Positions 18,665-29,961 of a stretch of 64,000 bases of DNA are shown in pieces. The notes beneath the pieces were generated by a model. It saw nothing but the letters and a program-made list of their open reading frames with translations, searched no databases and was not told the origin of the DNA. The stretch covers positions 10,515 through 74,514 of the forward strand of contig VXTM01000024.1 in NCBI GenBank assembly GCA_009837445.1, given 5' to 3'. How positions within the stretch are numbered: position 1 is the first letter of the stretch; each line of letters begins with the position of its first letter. The position numbers were made by a program, and so were the translations under genes. The stretch is from Acidimicrobiaceae bacterium. Lineage in GTDB: Bacteria > Actinomycetota > Acidimicrobiia > Acidimicrobiales > Aldehydirespiratoraceae.

Positions 18665-18788
18665 GCTCGAAGGCTATGAGGCCGAGCGGATCGATCCGAT
18701 CCTCCTACACGCGGACGCGTAGCCGGTGTCGCAGCCCCGGGCCGGTAGTTTCTCTGCGGTGAGGATCGACGGGGGCGCATCGACCGGC

Positions 18789-20453
<1,665 letters not shown>

Positions 20454-20544
20454 GCCCGTCGCCCACCATGCCTCGCCGCACCGAATTGGCAGCGTTGTGC
20501 ACGGATGGCGTGCATTCTGCTGCCAGTTCGCGTGGGGGGCAGCT

Positions 20545-22521
20545 GTGAGCGCCATCGGCACGCTGCTAGTGGCCAATCGGGGCGAGATCGCCCGACGGGT
20601 CTTCCGAACGGCGCGAGCCATCGGCATGCGCTGCGTGGCCGTGTTCTCCGATGCCGACTCGGATGCGCCGTTCGTGACCGAGGCCGATGTGGCCCTGCGG
20701 CTCCCCGCCGGGTACCTCGACGCTGAAGCGGTCGTAGCTGCCGCAGTTGCGGCCGGAGCGGATGCCGTCCATCCCGGCTACGGATTCCTGGCCGAGAACT
20801 CCGGCTTCGCCCGAGCCGTTGTCGCCGCCGGCCTGGCGTGGGTCGGCCCGGCCCCGGAAGCAATCGAGACCATGGGCGACAAGCTGGCGGCCAAGGCTGC
20901 GGCCGAGGCCGCGGGCGTGCCCACGCTGCCGTCATCCGAGGACCCGGCAGAACCGGGCGATGTCGGTTTCCCGCTCATGGTCAAGGCGGCCGCGGGCGGG
21001 GGCGGCAAGGGTATGCGCCTCGTGTCAGATCCCGCCGATCTGCCCGAAGCCGTGGCTGCGGCCCGACGCGAGGCACTCGGCGGCTTCGGCGACGACACCC
21101 TGTTCCTCGAGCGTTACCTACGGCGGTGCCGCCACATCGAGGTCCAAGTCTTGGGTGACACCCACGGCAACGTGGTCCACCTCGGCGAGCGTGAGTGCTC
21201 GATCCAGCGCCGCCACCAGAAGATCATCGAGGAGTCTCCCTCCACCGCAGTCGATGACGCGCTGCGGTCCACTATGGGCGACGCCGCGGTGCGGCTGGCC
21301 AAGGCGATCGGCTACTGCTCGGCCGGCACGGTGGAGCTGCTGCTCGACGACGACACGGGCGAGTTCTTCTTTCTGGAGGTGAACACCCGCCTGCAGGTGG
21401 AGCACCCGGTGACGGAAGAGGTCACCGGCATCGACCTGGTCCGCGAGCAGCTGCGGGTCGCGGCCGGAGAGCCGCTGGGATACGGGCAGGCTGACATCGC
21501 CTATGGAGGCCACGCCATCGAGGCCCGGCTCTACGCCGAGGATCCTGCGGCCGGCTTCCTGCCCGCGGTGGGAACCCTGGCCGCCTTCGCTCCTCCGGCC
21601 GACCCGGCCGTCCGCTGGGACAGCGGCGTCGAGGCCGGCAGCGAGGTCGGGCTCGACTTCGACCCGATGCTGGCCAAGGTCATTGCTCACGCACCCACCC
21701 GGGCCGAGGCGGCCGGACGGCTGGCCCTGGCTCTCGAGCGCCTTCACATTGCCGGTGTGACCACCAACCGGCACTTCCTGGCGTCCGCTCTGCGCTCGGA
21801 GGCGTTCCTGGCTGGCGACACCACCACCGACTTCATCGAGCGAGCCGACCCCAGCCGGGCGCCCGCTGTGCCGGTGGCTGACTGCCAGCGGGCCGCGTCC
21901 GCGGCCGCCTTGTGGCTCCAGGCCGTCGAGAGGAGCGAGGCCCGGACTCTGGGATGGATCCCCAGCGGCTGGCGCCATGGCCGCCTCCCGCCCGAACGGG
22001 TCGAGTTGGCAGTCGAGACGGCCGCAGGGCCCGTCGAGGTCGTCGTCTCCTACCGGCCGCAGCGGGACGGCACCTTCGTGGTCCGGGCCGAGTGCGGGGA
22101 CTCCGCGACCGAGGCTCCGGCAAGGATCGCAGCTTGGTCGCCGGAGACGCTCGACTTCGAGTGGTCCGGCCGCCGCATCGGCTACGCGGTGGCCGTCGAC
22201 GGTGACCGGGTGCACCTCACCGGCGACTCCGAGACGGTGACGGTGACGGTCCTGCCCCGCTTCGGTGCTCCCGAGGGCGGCCCAGCGACCGGGGGCTTCG
22301 CCGCGCCCATGCCGGGTGTGATCGTGGAGGTTCGGGTTCAGGCCGGCGACCAAGTGACCGCGGGCAGCACCCTGGTGGTGATGGAGGGCATGAAGATGGA
22401 GCACCACGTCAGTGCCCCCTGTGATGGCACGGTGACCGAAGTGCTGGTCGCTGCGGGTGACCAGGTCGACAACGGCACCCCGCTGCTGGTCTTCGACGCG
22501 GCCAGGACCCCCGATGGCTGA
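20545..22521 (+). CDS. acyl-CoA carboxylase biotin carboxylase + BCCP (alpha) subunit, MccA/AtuF-like
   Basis: LLVANRGEIARRV, MVKAAAGGGGKGMR, LEVNTRLQVEHPVTE, C-terminal biotinyl motif VVMEGMKMEH. GTG 20545. Confidence 0.9.
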   Translation: MSAIGTLLVANRGEIARRVFRTARAIGMRCVAVFSDADSDAPFVTEADVALRLPAGYLDAEAVVAAAVAAGADAVHPGYGFLAENSGFARAVVAAGLAWVGPAPEAIETMGDKLAAKAAAEAAGVPTLPSSEDPAEPGDVGFPLMVKAAAGGGGKGMRLVSDPADLPEAVAAARREALGGFGDDTLFLERYLRRCRHIEVQVLGDTHGNVVHLGERECSIQRRHQKIIEESPSTAVDDALRSTMGDAAVRLAKAIGYCSAGTVELLLDDDTGEFFFLEVNTRLQVEHPVTEEVTGIDLVREQLRVAAGEPLGYGQADIAYGGHAIEARLYAEDPAAGFLPAVGTLAAFAPPADPAVRWDSGVEAGSEVGLDFDPMLAKVIAHAPTRAEAAGRLALALERLHIAGVTTNRHFLASALRSEAFLAGDTTTDFIERADPSRAPAVPVADCQRAASAAALWLQAVERSEARTLGWIPSGWRHGRLPPERVELAVETAAGPVEVVVSYRPQRDGTFVVRAECGDSATEAPARIAAWSPETLDFEWSGRRIGYAVAVDGDRVHLTGDSETVTVTVLPRFGAPEGGPATGGFAAPMPGVIVEVRVQAGDQVTAGSTLVVMEGMKMEHHVSAPCDGTVTEVLVAAGDQVDNGTPLLVFDAARTPDG

Positions 22522-24316
22522 GCCGATCCGGATCGCCAACTGCTCCGGCTTCTACGGCGACCGCCTGTCGGCTGCGGCCGAGATGGTGGAGGGCGGGCCC
22601 ATCGACGTCCTCACCGGTGACTGGCTGGCCGAGCTGACCATGCTGATCCTGGCCCGGACCCGAGAGAGGCGCCCTGGTGGCGGCTACGCCCGCAGCTTCG
22701 TCAGGCAGATGGAGCAGGTGATGGGCGCCTGTCTGGACGGGGGCATCAAGGTGGTGTCCAACGCGGGCGGGCTGGATCCCCGGGGCTGTGCCGAGGCGGT
22801 TGCCGAGGTGGCCGACCGCCTGGGTCTGGCACCGCGGATCGCGTGTGTGGACGGGGACGATCTCATGCCGCGGCTGGATCCCGACGGGGCCGACACGGTG
22901 ACGCTTCACTCCTTCACGACCGGCAAGCCGATGGTCGACACGGACAAGCTGATCACCGCCAACGCCTACCTAGGCGGGTGGGGCATCGCCGAGGCCCTTC
23001 GCCGCGGCGCCGACATCGTGGTGACCGGCAGGGTCACCGACGCCGCGGTGGCCTGCGGCCCCGCGGCCTGGCACCACGACTGGGCGATCGACGACTGGGA
23101 CGCCCTCGCCGGCGCGGTGGCAGCCGGGCACGTGATCGAATGCGGCACGCAGGCCACCGGCGGTAACTACTCGTTCTTCACCGAGGTCGACGGCATGGAC
23201 CGCACCGGTTTCCCGTGGGCCGAGATCGCGGCTGACGGCTCCTCGGTGATCGGCAAGCACGATGGCACCGGCGGCGCGGTCACGGTCGGGACGGTCACGG
23301 CCCAGCTTCTCTACGAGATCGACGCCCCCGGCTACCTGGGGCCCGATGTGACCACCCGTTTCGACACCATCCGGCTCACGCAGGCCGGTCCCGACCGGGT
23401 GCTCATGGACTCGGTGCGGGGTGAGCCGCCCCCGCCCACCCTCAAGGTCGCCACCAACGAGCTCGGCGGCTACCGCAGCGAGATCAACGTCGGACTCACC
23501 GGGCTCGACATCGACGCCAAGGCCGCTCTGGTGCACGACGCCTTCTGGCGGGCCTGCCCCCACGATCCCGGCGACTACGCCAAGGTCACCGAGCGGGTCG
23601 TGCGAACCGACAAGGCCGACCCGGCCACCAACGAGGAAGCCACCGCGGTGTGGCGGCTCAGCGTGTTCGACCATCACGAGGACCGCCTCGGGCGCACGCT
23701 GTCCGACGCCATGAACGAGTTGGCCTTGGCCACCATCCCGGGCATGTTCTCACCCGGATCGGCCGCCCGGCCGAGGGCCTTCGGCATCTACCGGCCCGCC
23801 ACTGTGCCCGCCGCGGTGGTGCCTCAGTACGTCACGTTTCTCGATGGCGAGCGCACGGTCGTCGATCCCGTGCCGCGCACCGATGAGCCGGTTGCGCCGA
23901 TCCCGCCCCCTGCCCCACCTGCGGGCGATCGTGACTGGGGCCCCGCGTCGCCGTCGCCGCTGGGACGGGTGGTCGGCACCCGCTCCGGGGACAAAGGTGG
24001 CAACGCCAACCTGGGAGTGTTCGCCCGGTCCGGCGACGTCTTCGAATGGCTCGACGGCTTTCTGAGCACCGACCGGCTGCGGGAGCTGCTCCCCGAGGCC
24101 GGCCCGCTGCTGGTGGATCGGCACCGGCTCCCCAACATCTGGTCGCTCAACTTCGTGATCCACGGCCTTCTGGGCGACGGGGTGGCCGCCTCGGACCGGC
24201 CGGACCCGCAGGCCAAGAGCCTCGGCGAATGGCTCCGGGCTCGGGTGGTCGATGTTCCCGAGTCCCTACAAAGAGGCTCAGACCACGCGCCGCGGGATAC
24301 TAAGGTATCTTCCTAG
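22514..24316 (+). CDS. AtuA-like (DUF1446) acyclic terpene utilisation family protein
   Basis: MAEPIRIANCSGFYGDRLSAAAEMVEGGPIDVLTGDWLAELTMLIL is the characteristic DUF1446 N-terminus. The ATG at 22514 overlaps the alpha-subunit stop codon (ATGGCTGA). Confidence 0.8.
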   Translation: MAEPIRIANCSGFYGDRLSAAAEMVEGGPIDVLTGDWLAELTMLILARTRERRPGGGYARSFVRQMEQVMGACLDGGIKVVSNAGGLDPRGCAEAVAEVADRLGLAPRIACVDGDDLMPRLDPDGADTVTLHSFTTGKPMVDTDKLITANAYLGGWGIAEALRRGADIVVTGRVTDAAVACGPAAWHHDWAIDDWDALAGAVAAGHVIECGTQATGGNYSFFTEVDGMDRTGFPWAEIAADGSSVIGKHDGTGGAVTVGTVTAQLLYEIDAPGYLGPDVTTRFDTIRLTQAGPDRVLMDSVRGEPPPPTLKVATNELGGYRSEINVGLTGLDIDAKAALVHDAFWRACPHDPGDYAKVTERVVRTDKADPATNEEATAVWRLSVFDHHEDRLGRTLSDAMNELALATIPGMFSPGSAARPRAFGIYRPATVPAAVVPQYVTFLDGERTVVDPVPRTDEPVAPIPPPAPPAGDRDWGPASPSPLGRVVGTRSGDKGGNANLGVFARSGDVFEWLDGFLSTDRLRELLPEAGPLLVDRHRLPNIWSLNFVIHGLLGDGVAASDRPDPQAKSLGEWLRARVVDVPESLQRGSDHAPRDTKVSS

Positions 24317-24336
24317 GAAGCTATCTTCCTAGGAAG
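24306..24336 (+). promoter_or_regulatory. two tandem copies of TATCTTCCTAGGAAG, each containing the perfect 12-bp palindrome CTTCCTAGGAAG
   Basis: Palindromes at 24309..24320 and 24325..24336, 16 bp apart. The first overlaps the atuA-like TAG stop (24314..24316). The second overlaps the GGAAGGAA Shine-Dalgarno-like stretch of the next gene (GTG 24350). As RNA the two copies can pair as a 12-bp stem with a CUAU loop. Confidence 0.6.
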
Positions 24337-24349
24337 GAACTAGCCGACT

Positions 24350-25189
24350 GTGAACCTCGCCGATCTGCTGGAGGACCTGCTTGACGAGCAGGCAAGCCTC
24401 GACGAGATCGTGGCACCCCTCAGCGGCCCGGACTGGGACCTTCCCACCCCCAGCCCCCGCTGGTCGGTGACCGACCAGATCGGCCATCTGCGCTACTTCG
24501 ACCGGGCGGCTGCCCTCGCTATCCGCGACCCCGAGGCGTTCTCGACGGAGGCGGGCAGGCTGATGGAGGCGTCGCTGGTGAGTGAGACCTCAGGCGACGA
24601 CTTCACACTGGGCGAGTTCCGCGGTCTGGCCCCCTCGGAGCGCTTGGAACGCTGGCGGCGGGGGCGCGCTGAACTGGCTCAGGCGGCCGGCACGCTCGGC
24701 GAGCGCGATCGGGTGACCTGGTACGGCCCCTCCATGGGGGCCAAGTCGTTCGTCACCGCCCGCCTGATGGAGGCCTGGGCCCACGGAACCGACGTATGCG
24801 ACGCCGTGGGCGCGCACCGCGAACCCACCCACCGGCTCCGGCACATCGCCCAACTGGGCTGCATCACCCGGGTCTGGACCTATACCAACCGGGGCGAGCC
24901 CGCCCCCGAGGGGGACGTGCGGGTGAAGTTGACCGCGCCCTCAGGAGACACATGGACCTGGGGAGACGCCGCCGCAGCCGGCGACAACTCGGCAACCGGA
25001 CCGGCCCTCGACTTCTGCCTGGTGGTGACCCAGCGCCGCCATGTCGCCGACACAGCCCTGGAGGTGACCGGCGAACACGCCAACGACTGGCTGTACAAGG
25101 CCCAGGCCTTCGCCGGACCGCCCACCGATGGCCCTTCCCCCGCCCGTGAGCGCCGCGAACAGGCGCAGACGGCCCGGAGCCGGTCGTGA
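24350..25189 (+). CDS. DinB/mycothiol-maleylpyruvate-isomerase N-terminal-like metal-binding protein (TIGR03084-like)
   Basis: LLEDLLDEQASLDEIVAPLSGPDWDLPTPSPRWSVTDQIGHLRYFD is the typical N-terminus of this actinobacterial family. GTG start at 24350. Confidence 0.7.
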   Translation: MNLADLLEDLLDEQASLDEIVAPLSGPDWDLPTPSPRWSVTDQIGHLRYFDRAAALAIRDPEAFSTEAGRLMEASLVSETSGDDFTLGEFRGLAPSERLERWRRGRAELAQAAGTLGERDRVTWYGPSMGAKSFVTARLMEAWAHGTDVCDAVGAHREPTHRLRHIAQLGCITRVWTYTNRGEPAPEGDVRVKLTAPSGDTWTWGDAAAAGDNSATGPALDFCLVVTQRRHVADTALEVTGEHANDWLYKAQAFAGPPTDGPSPARERREQAQTARSRS

Positions 25190-25971
25190 GCCTGGTCGAG
25201 ACGTCCCGCGACGACCGCGGCGTGGTCACGGTCACCCTGGCCGACGAGGCCAACCGCAATGCGTTGAGCCGCCGCCTGCTGGCCGACCTCACCGCTGCGC
25301 TCGACGAGGCTGAGGCCGACCCAGCGGTGCGTGTGATCGTGCTCACCAACTCGGGACGGGTGTTCTGCGCCGGGGCCGACCTGCGTGAGAGTTCCAGCCC
25401 GCAGACGGGCGGCAACCCCGTCACCGCCCGGGCAAGCGACCTCTTCGGGCGGTTCCGGCAATCCGGGAAGCCCTACGTGGGACGAATCGCCGGGCACTGT
25501 GTGGCTGGCGGGATGGGCCTGGCCGCAGCCATGGACATCTCGGTCGCCCGCGACGACGCCCGGTTCGGGTTCACCGAGGTGCGGGTGGGGGTCGCACCAG
25601 CCATGATCTCGGTGCTTTGCCTGCCCAAGATGCGCCGCTCAGAGGCGACCGAGGCCTTCCTGCGAGGCAACCGGTTCAGTGCCTCCGAGGCAGCCCGCCT
25701 GGGCCTGATCAACACGGCTGTGCCCGCCGAGAGCCTCGACTCCGAGGTGGAGTCGGTAGTGGCCGACCTGCTCCAGGGAGGGCCGTCTGCGCTGGCCGCG
25801 GCCAAGCGGCTCCTGGATCGAGTCCCTGAGTTGACCTTCGAAGACGCTCGCGAATGGACCGGGCGGCTCTCAGCAGAGCTGTTCGCCGGCGACGAGGCGG
25901 CCGAGGGCATGGACGCATTCCTCAACAAACGCACCCCTGGGTGGGTGCCGGACACCGGGGAGAACCGATGA
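25186..25971 (+). CDS. enoyl-CoA hydratase (crotonase) family protein
   Basis: VVTVTLADEANRNAL, VFCAGADLRE, GHCVAGGMGLAAAMDISVA. GTGA overlap with the previous gene. Confidence 0.85.
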   Translation: MSLVETSRDDRGVVTVTLADEANRNALSRRLLADLTAALDEAEADPAVRVIVLTNSGRVFCAGADLRESSSPQTGGNPVTARASDLFGRFRQSGKPYVGRIAGHCVAGGMGLAAAMDISVARDDARFGFTEVRVGVAPAMISVLCLPKMRRSEATEAFLRGNRFSASEAARLGLINTAVPAESLDSEVESVVADLLQGGPSALAAAKRLLDRVPELTFEDAREWTGRLSAELFAGDEAAEGMDAFLNKRTPGWVPDTGENR

Positions 25972-27065
25972 CCGAGATCCTCAATTCACTGTCGGCAATG
26001 ACTCCGCAATGGCTGGAGAGTGCACTCGCGGAGGCGGGACACTCCCCGCCGCCGGTGACCGCGGTGGAGGTGCGCCCCATGGACGACTTTCTGGGCGCGA
26101 TGGGTGAGGTTGTGATCGTGTCCGTCAGCTACGCCGACGACACCGACCTGCCGGACGAGTTCGTGGCCAAGTGCCCCCAGGACAACGAGTTCGCCCGCCA
26201 GAACGCTGCGGTGATGCTGTCTTACCAGCGCGAGAACGGCTTCTACGACCACCTGGCGGCGCAGGTGGCGGCCCGCACGAACATCAGCATCCCCAAGTGC
26301 TTCGTCAACCTGTTCGACCCCGAGACCCACGCCGCCACGCTGGTCATCGAGCGGATCCACCCGGCCAGCAAGGGCGACATCCTCGACGGCACCACCTTCG
26401 AGCGGATGCGCACGCTGGTCGGCGACCTGGCCGGGATGCACGGCGCCTACTGGATGGACGAGACGCTGAACACGCAGGACTGGCTGATCGACTGGACCGC
26501 TCCGTCGCTGCTGGCGGGCATCCCGCGCACGCAGGAGAGCTGGCGCAACATGCGCGAGCAGTACCCGCAGTACCACTCCGACGAGCTCGCCGCGATGGCG
26601 GATGTCTTCCTGGCCGACGTCCCGGGGTGGCTCGGGCGCTTCGCCCAGCGACCCTGGACGCTCATCCACCAGGACTACGAGTTGGACAACGTCCTGTTCC
26701 GGGACGACGGCCCGGTGATAGTCGACTGGCAGTCGCCGATGCGGTCGTTCCCCGGGATGGATCTGGGCTGGCTGCTGATGGCCAGCCACAACGAGGAGAC
26801 ACTCTCCAGCGAGCCCGACCTGCTCGACCACTACCGTCGGGAGCTGGCCGCGGCCGGCGGGCCCCAGTGGAGCACCGAGGACTTGGCCGAGGATCTGGCG
26901 TGGGCCGCCTTCTTCTGGGTGTCGGTCTCGCATGTTCCCTACATGGAGACGGTTCAATTCGGCGAGGAGTTCCGCTTCCATCGCCGTTTCAAGGCGATGC
27001 TGGAGGGCACCATCGCCGCGGCCGAACGATGGAACGCCGCCGAGCGCATGAAGGCCCACATCTGA
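25968..27065 (+). CDS. phosphotransferase (APH/ecdysteroid-kinase-like) family protein
   Basis: MTEILNS... starts with an ATGA overlap. LIHQDYELDNVLF (HxDxxxxN catalytic loop) and VIVDWQSP (DxD-type metal loop). Confidence 0.75.
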   Translation: MTEILNSLSAMTPQWLESALAEAGHSPPPVTAVEVRPMDDFLGAMGEVVIVSVSYADDTDLPDEFVAKCPQDNEFARQNAAVMLSYQRENGFYDHLAAQVAARTNISIPKCFVNLFDPETHAATLVIERIHPASKGDILDGTTFERMRTLVGDLAGMHGAYWMDETLNTQDWLIDWTAPSLLAGIPRTQESWRNMREQYPQYHSDELAAMADVFLADVPGWLGRFAQRPWTLIHQDYELDNVLFRDDGPVIVDWQSPMRSFPGMDLGWLLMASHNEETLSSEPDLLDHYRRELAAAGGPQWSTEDLAEDLAWAAFFWVSVSHVPYMETVQFGEEFRFHRRFKAMLEGTIAAAERWNAAERMKAHI

Positions 27066-27109
27066 TAGGACCCTTTCCACCGAACCGCCGCGAGACAGAG
27101 GGGACACCG

Positions 27110-28201
27110 GTGCAAGGACTGATACTCGAGGGCGCAGGAGAGGACACTGTCCGCCTGTCCGACGCCCTGGAGCTCGTCGGCTCGCTGGCGCCCCGCCAGG
27201 TGCGGGTCGAGATCCGGGCCGCCGGGGTGTGCGGCAGCGACCTGAGCTGCGTGCTCGGCAAGTACTACATGCCCACCCCGCTGGTGCCCGGACACGAGGC
27301 GGCCGGGGTGGTGGTCGAGGTGGGCTCGGCCGTCACCTACTGCGAGGTGGGCGACCACGTGATCCTGTCCACCTTCGGCAACTGCGGTCACTGCCCGGAC
27401 TGCGAGGGCGGCGATCCCGGCAACTGCACCAATGTGGCGCTGGGATCGCTCAGCCAGCCCTACGCCGAGAACGGGCGGCCCGTCTACAACTTCGCCAACA
27501 TCGGCGCGTTCACCCAGCAGACCGTGGTCAGCGAGAACCAGTGCATCCCGGTCCCGGCGGCGATGCCGCTGGCCGCGGCTGCGCTGATCGGCTGCGGGGT
27601 GGTCACCGGCACCGGCGCGGTGTTCAACCGGGCCCGGGTGCAGATCGGCGACACCGTCGCCGTGATCGGCGCCGGCGGGGTCGGCCTCAACGTGATCCAG
27701 GCCGCCCGGCTGGTGGGCGCCTCCGCCATCATCGCCATCGACCGGGTGGCGGCCAAGGAGGCGCTGGCCCGCGACTTCGGCGCCACCGACTTCCTGCTCG
27801 CCGAAGGCGAGGACTTCGACCCGGTGGCCGCAGTCAAGTCGCTGTGCCCGGCCGGGGTGCATCACGCCTTCGAGGTGGTGGGCAGCACCGCGCTGCTGGC
27901 CCAGGCCATATCCATGACCCGCCCCGGCGGCAACGTGTGCGCCGTCGGAGTGCCGGATCTGGGGGCGAAGGTCACGTACCCGTTCCTCGACCTGCACCAG
28001 AACAAGAGCCTGCTCGGCATCCGGGCCGGGGGTGCCCGCCCCCGCAAGGACTTCCCGATGCTGGCCGACCTCTATCTACGGGGCAGTCTCAAGCTCGACG
28101 AGATGATCTCGCGCACCGCCGGCCTCGACGGCCTGCAGGGCGCCTTCGACGCCCTAAAGACCGGCGCCGAGGCCCGCACCGTCCTGCTCCCCAACGGCTG
28201 A
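27110..28201 (+). CDS. zinc-dependent alcohol dehydrogenase family protein
   Basis: GVCGSDLS, PGHEAAGVVVEVG, structural-zinc CGHCPDCEGGDPGNC, VIGAGGVGL. GTG 27110. Confidence 0.85.
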   Translation: MQGLILEGAGEDTVRLSDALELVGSLAPRQVRVEIRAAGVCGSDLSCVLGKYYMPTPLVPGHEAAGVVVEVGSAVTYCEVGDHVILSTFGNCGHCPDCEGGDPGNCTNVALGSLSQPYAENGRPVYNFANIGAFTQQTVVSENQCIPVPAAMPLAAAALIGCGVVTGTGAVFNRARVQIGDTVAVIGAGGVGLNVIQAARLVGASAIIAIDRVAAKEALARDFGATDFLLAEGEDFDPVAAVKSLCPAGVHHAFEVVGSTALLAQAISMTRPGGNVCAVGVPDLGAKVTYPFLDLHQNKSLLGIRAGGARPRKDFPMLADLYLRGSLKLDEMISRTAGLDGLQGAFDALKTGAEARTVLLPNG

Positions 28202-28213
28202 GCAGCCCGGTAC

Positions 28214-28816
28214 TCATCCCGGCGAAGGCTGGGAGCTGGTCAACCGCTCCATCTCCGCGACCAGGCACTTGGCGGCGGCCGCCGCGGCCACCGCCTCGAC
28301 GCAGGCTGTCTTCACGGCGCTCGGGGAGCTCATGGCGACCAGAGTGACCCCGAGGCCGTCGTCCTGGACGAGGTTCACGCACACCGTCAATCCGCCATCG
28401 TGGTCGTCGGTGCGGGCACAGCATTCTGCCGGGGAGCTGTCGAGGCTCGAGAGCAGGGTGTCGACATGGTGAGCTGACAGCGAGGTCGTGAAGGCATACG
28501 AGACCGCCTCGCGGCCCGTGACGCGGTACAGGCCTCCACCGAGGTGCTCGACGTCGTCCCCGGAGGAGGTGAGGGTCAGTGTCGGCTCATCCGTCAGGGC
28601 GATTCCCAGCATGGTTCCCAGCAGCCGGTAGTTGCCGGCAGCCAGGACCAGCTCGCGGAACTCAGCCGGATGCAGCGTGCACTGGGGGTCGGTCATCGGT
28701 CCGATAGTGCAGTGCAGGCCGTTGCTGGTGGACAGCTCGAGCCGGGCACCCGGGAGGTGGAACACCAGCGCGGCTGCGATCTGGAGGGCTCCGGCCGTAG
28801 GGGCGGGTGAAGTCAT
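28214..28816 (-). CDS. hypothetical protein
   Basis: MTSPAPTAGALQIAAALVFHLPGARLELSTSNG... 200 aa from ATG 28816, with a reasonable coding look. No family recognised. Confidence 0.45.
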   Translation of the reverse strand: MTSPAPTAGALQIAAALVFHLPGARLELSTSNGLHCTIGPMTDPQCTLHPAEFRELVLAAGNYRLLGTMLGIALTDEPTLTLTSSGDDVEHLGGGLYRVTGREAVSYAFTTSLSAHHVDTLLSSLDSSPAECCARTDDHDGGLTVCVNLVQDDGLGVTLVAMSSPSAVKTACVEAVAAAAAAKCLVAEMERLTSSQPSPG

Positions 28817-28988
28817 GCGCGAGCTCCTTTCGCGTGGGGGGAATGCTGCGGCGGTTTCGGCAGCAGCGAAGGGAGCGAGGCTTAGTCCGGGCGCTCCGAC
28901 CCAGGGGGTCGAGCCCGCCGCCTGCGGCGTGCGGGGCCGGCCGCTGACTCTAACCACAGACCGGGGCTCGTCCGCAAGCCGATTCCTG

Positions 28989-29870
28989 TCAGCTGTCCGG
29001 AGTGCGCCAGACCTCCCGCAGTTCTCGCATGGTGGTGAGGGTCAGGGGACGGGACCCGAGCCATTCCTTCCACTGGGTGGTGCCGAACAACTCGTACTCG
29101 TCGGTGCGGACATGGAACTTGGCGGGCTCGATCACCTCGATCTCGGCGCCGCCGGGCGCGTTGGGGTGGAAGGCGCAGTACACGAGGTCGGTGTCGAGGC
29201 CGCCGAGCATCGCCTCGTAGTCGGCTGGCTGGTCTCGGGGGCGCTTGAAGTCGGTCTCCAGCACCTCGTCGAACACCGGCATGCCCGCGGATCTTGCCTC
29301 GGCCACCGCCTCCCGGAAGGGGCCGTGGCCCGCCCCGGCGAGATGGTTCATGGGGCCGTAGGCGCTCAGCGCTCCCGTGATCAACGCTGGGACCTGTAAT
29401 TCGATGCCGAGGGCCACGTAACGGTCGCACCATTCGGGCGCGAGGGCCGAGCCCATGTGGGTGTCCAGGTGGGTCACGTCGATTCCCGCGGCCTGCGCCC
29501 GCTCTACCTGGGCCCGCCATTCGGCCTCCACGGCGTCGGGATGGGCGTGGCGGCGCACCGAGGCCACATCGGGCCAAAGGTAGCCGTCGCTGTCGAGGAG
29601 TCCCGAGGAGGCGCCGGGCCGGGTGATCGGTCCCCACCGGTAGTGGGTCATCTCCGAGTTGAGGGTCAGGTGCACACCGCAGTCGAGGCTGTCATCCCCC
29701 GCGGCGGCTTCGGCGATCTCGCTGAACCACGGGCACGGCACCATCACCGAGCCTGCGGTGATCGTGCCGAAGCGGGACAGTTCGATGAAGGCCCGGTTGG
29801 CACCGTGGTTCATGCCGACATCGTCGGCATGGATCACCAGCCGGGTGGCTGCAGGTGCGGCTGGCGGCAT
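28989..29870 (-). CDS. ChbG/HpnK (YdjC) family carbohydrate deacetylase
   Basis: RLVIHADDVGMNHGANRAFIEL, GVHLTLNSE, HLDTHMG are the YdjC-family metal-site motifs. Confidence 0.8.
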   Translation of the reverse strand: MPPAAPAATRLVIHADDVGMNHGANRAFIELSRFGTITAGSVMVPCPWFSEIAEAAAGDDSLDCGVHLTLNSEMTHYRWGPITRPGASSGLLDSDGYLWPDVASVRRHAHPDAVEAEWRAQVERAQAAGIDVTHLDTHMGSALAPEWCDRYVALGIELQVPALITGALSAYGPMNHLAGAGHGPFREAVAEARSAGMPVFDEVLETDFKRPRDQPADYEAMLGGLDTDLVYCAFHPNAPGGAEIEVIEPAKFHVRTDEYELFGTTQWKEWLGSRPLTLTTMRELREVWRTPDS

Positions 29871-29961
29871 GCGAGCGAGGCTAGACGGTGCCTCCGCGCT
29901 GATTGGTGACGAAGGCGCCCCTTACAGGCACATTCTCGACATCAATTTCGAATGGCCTACG

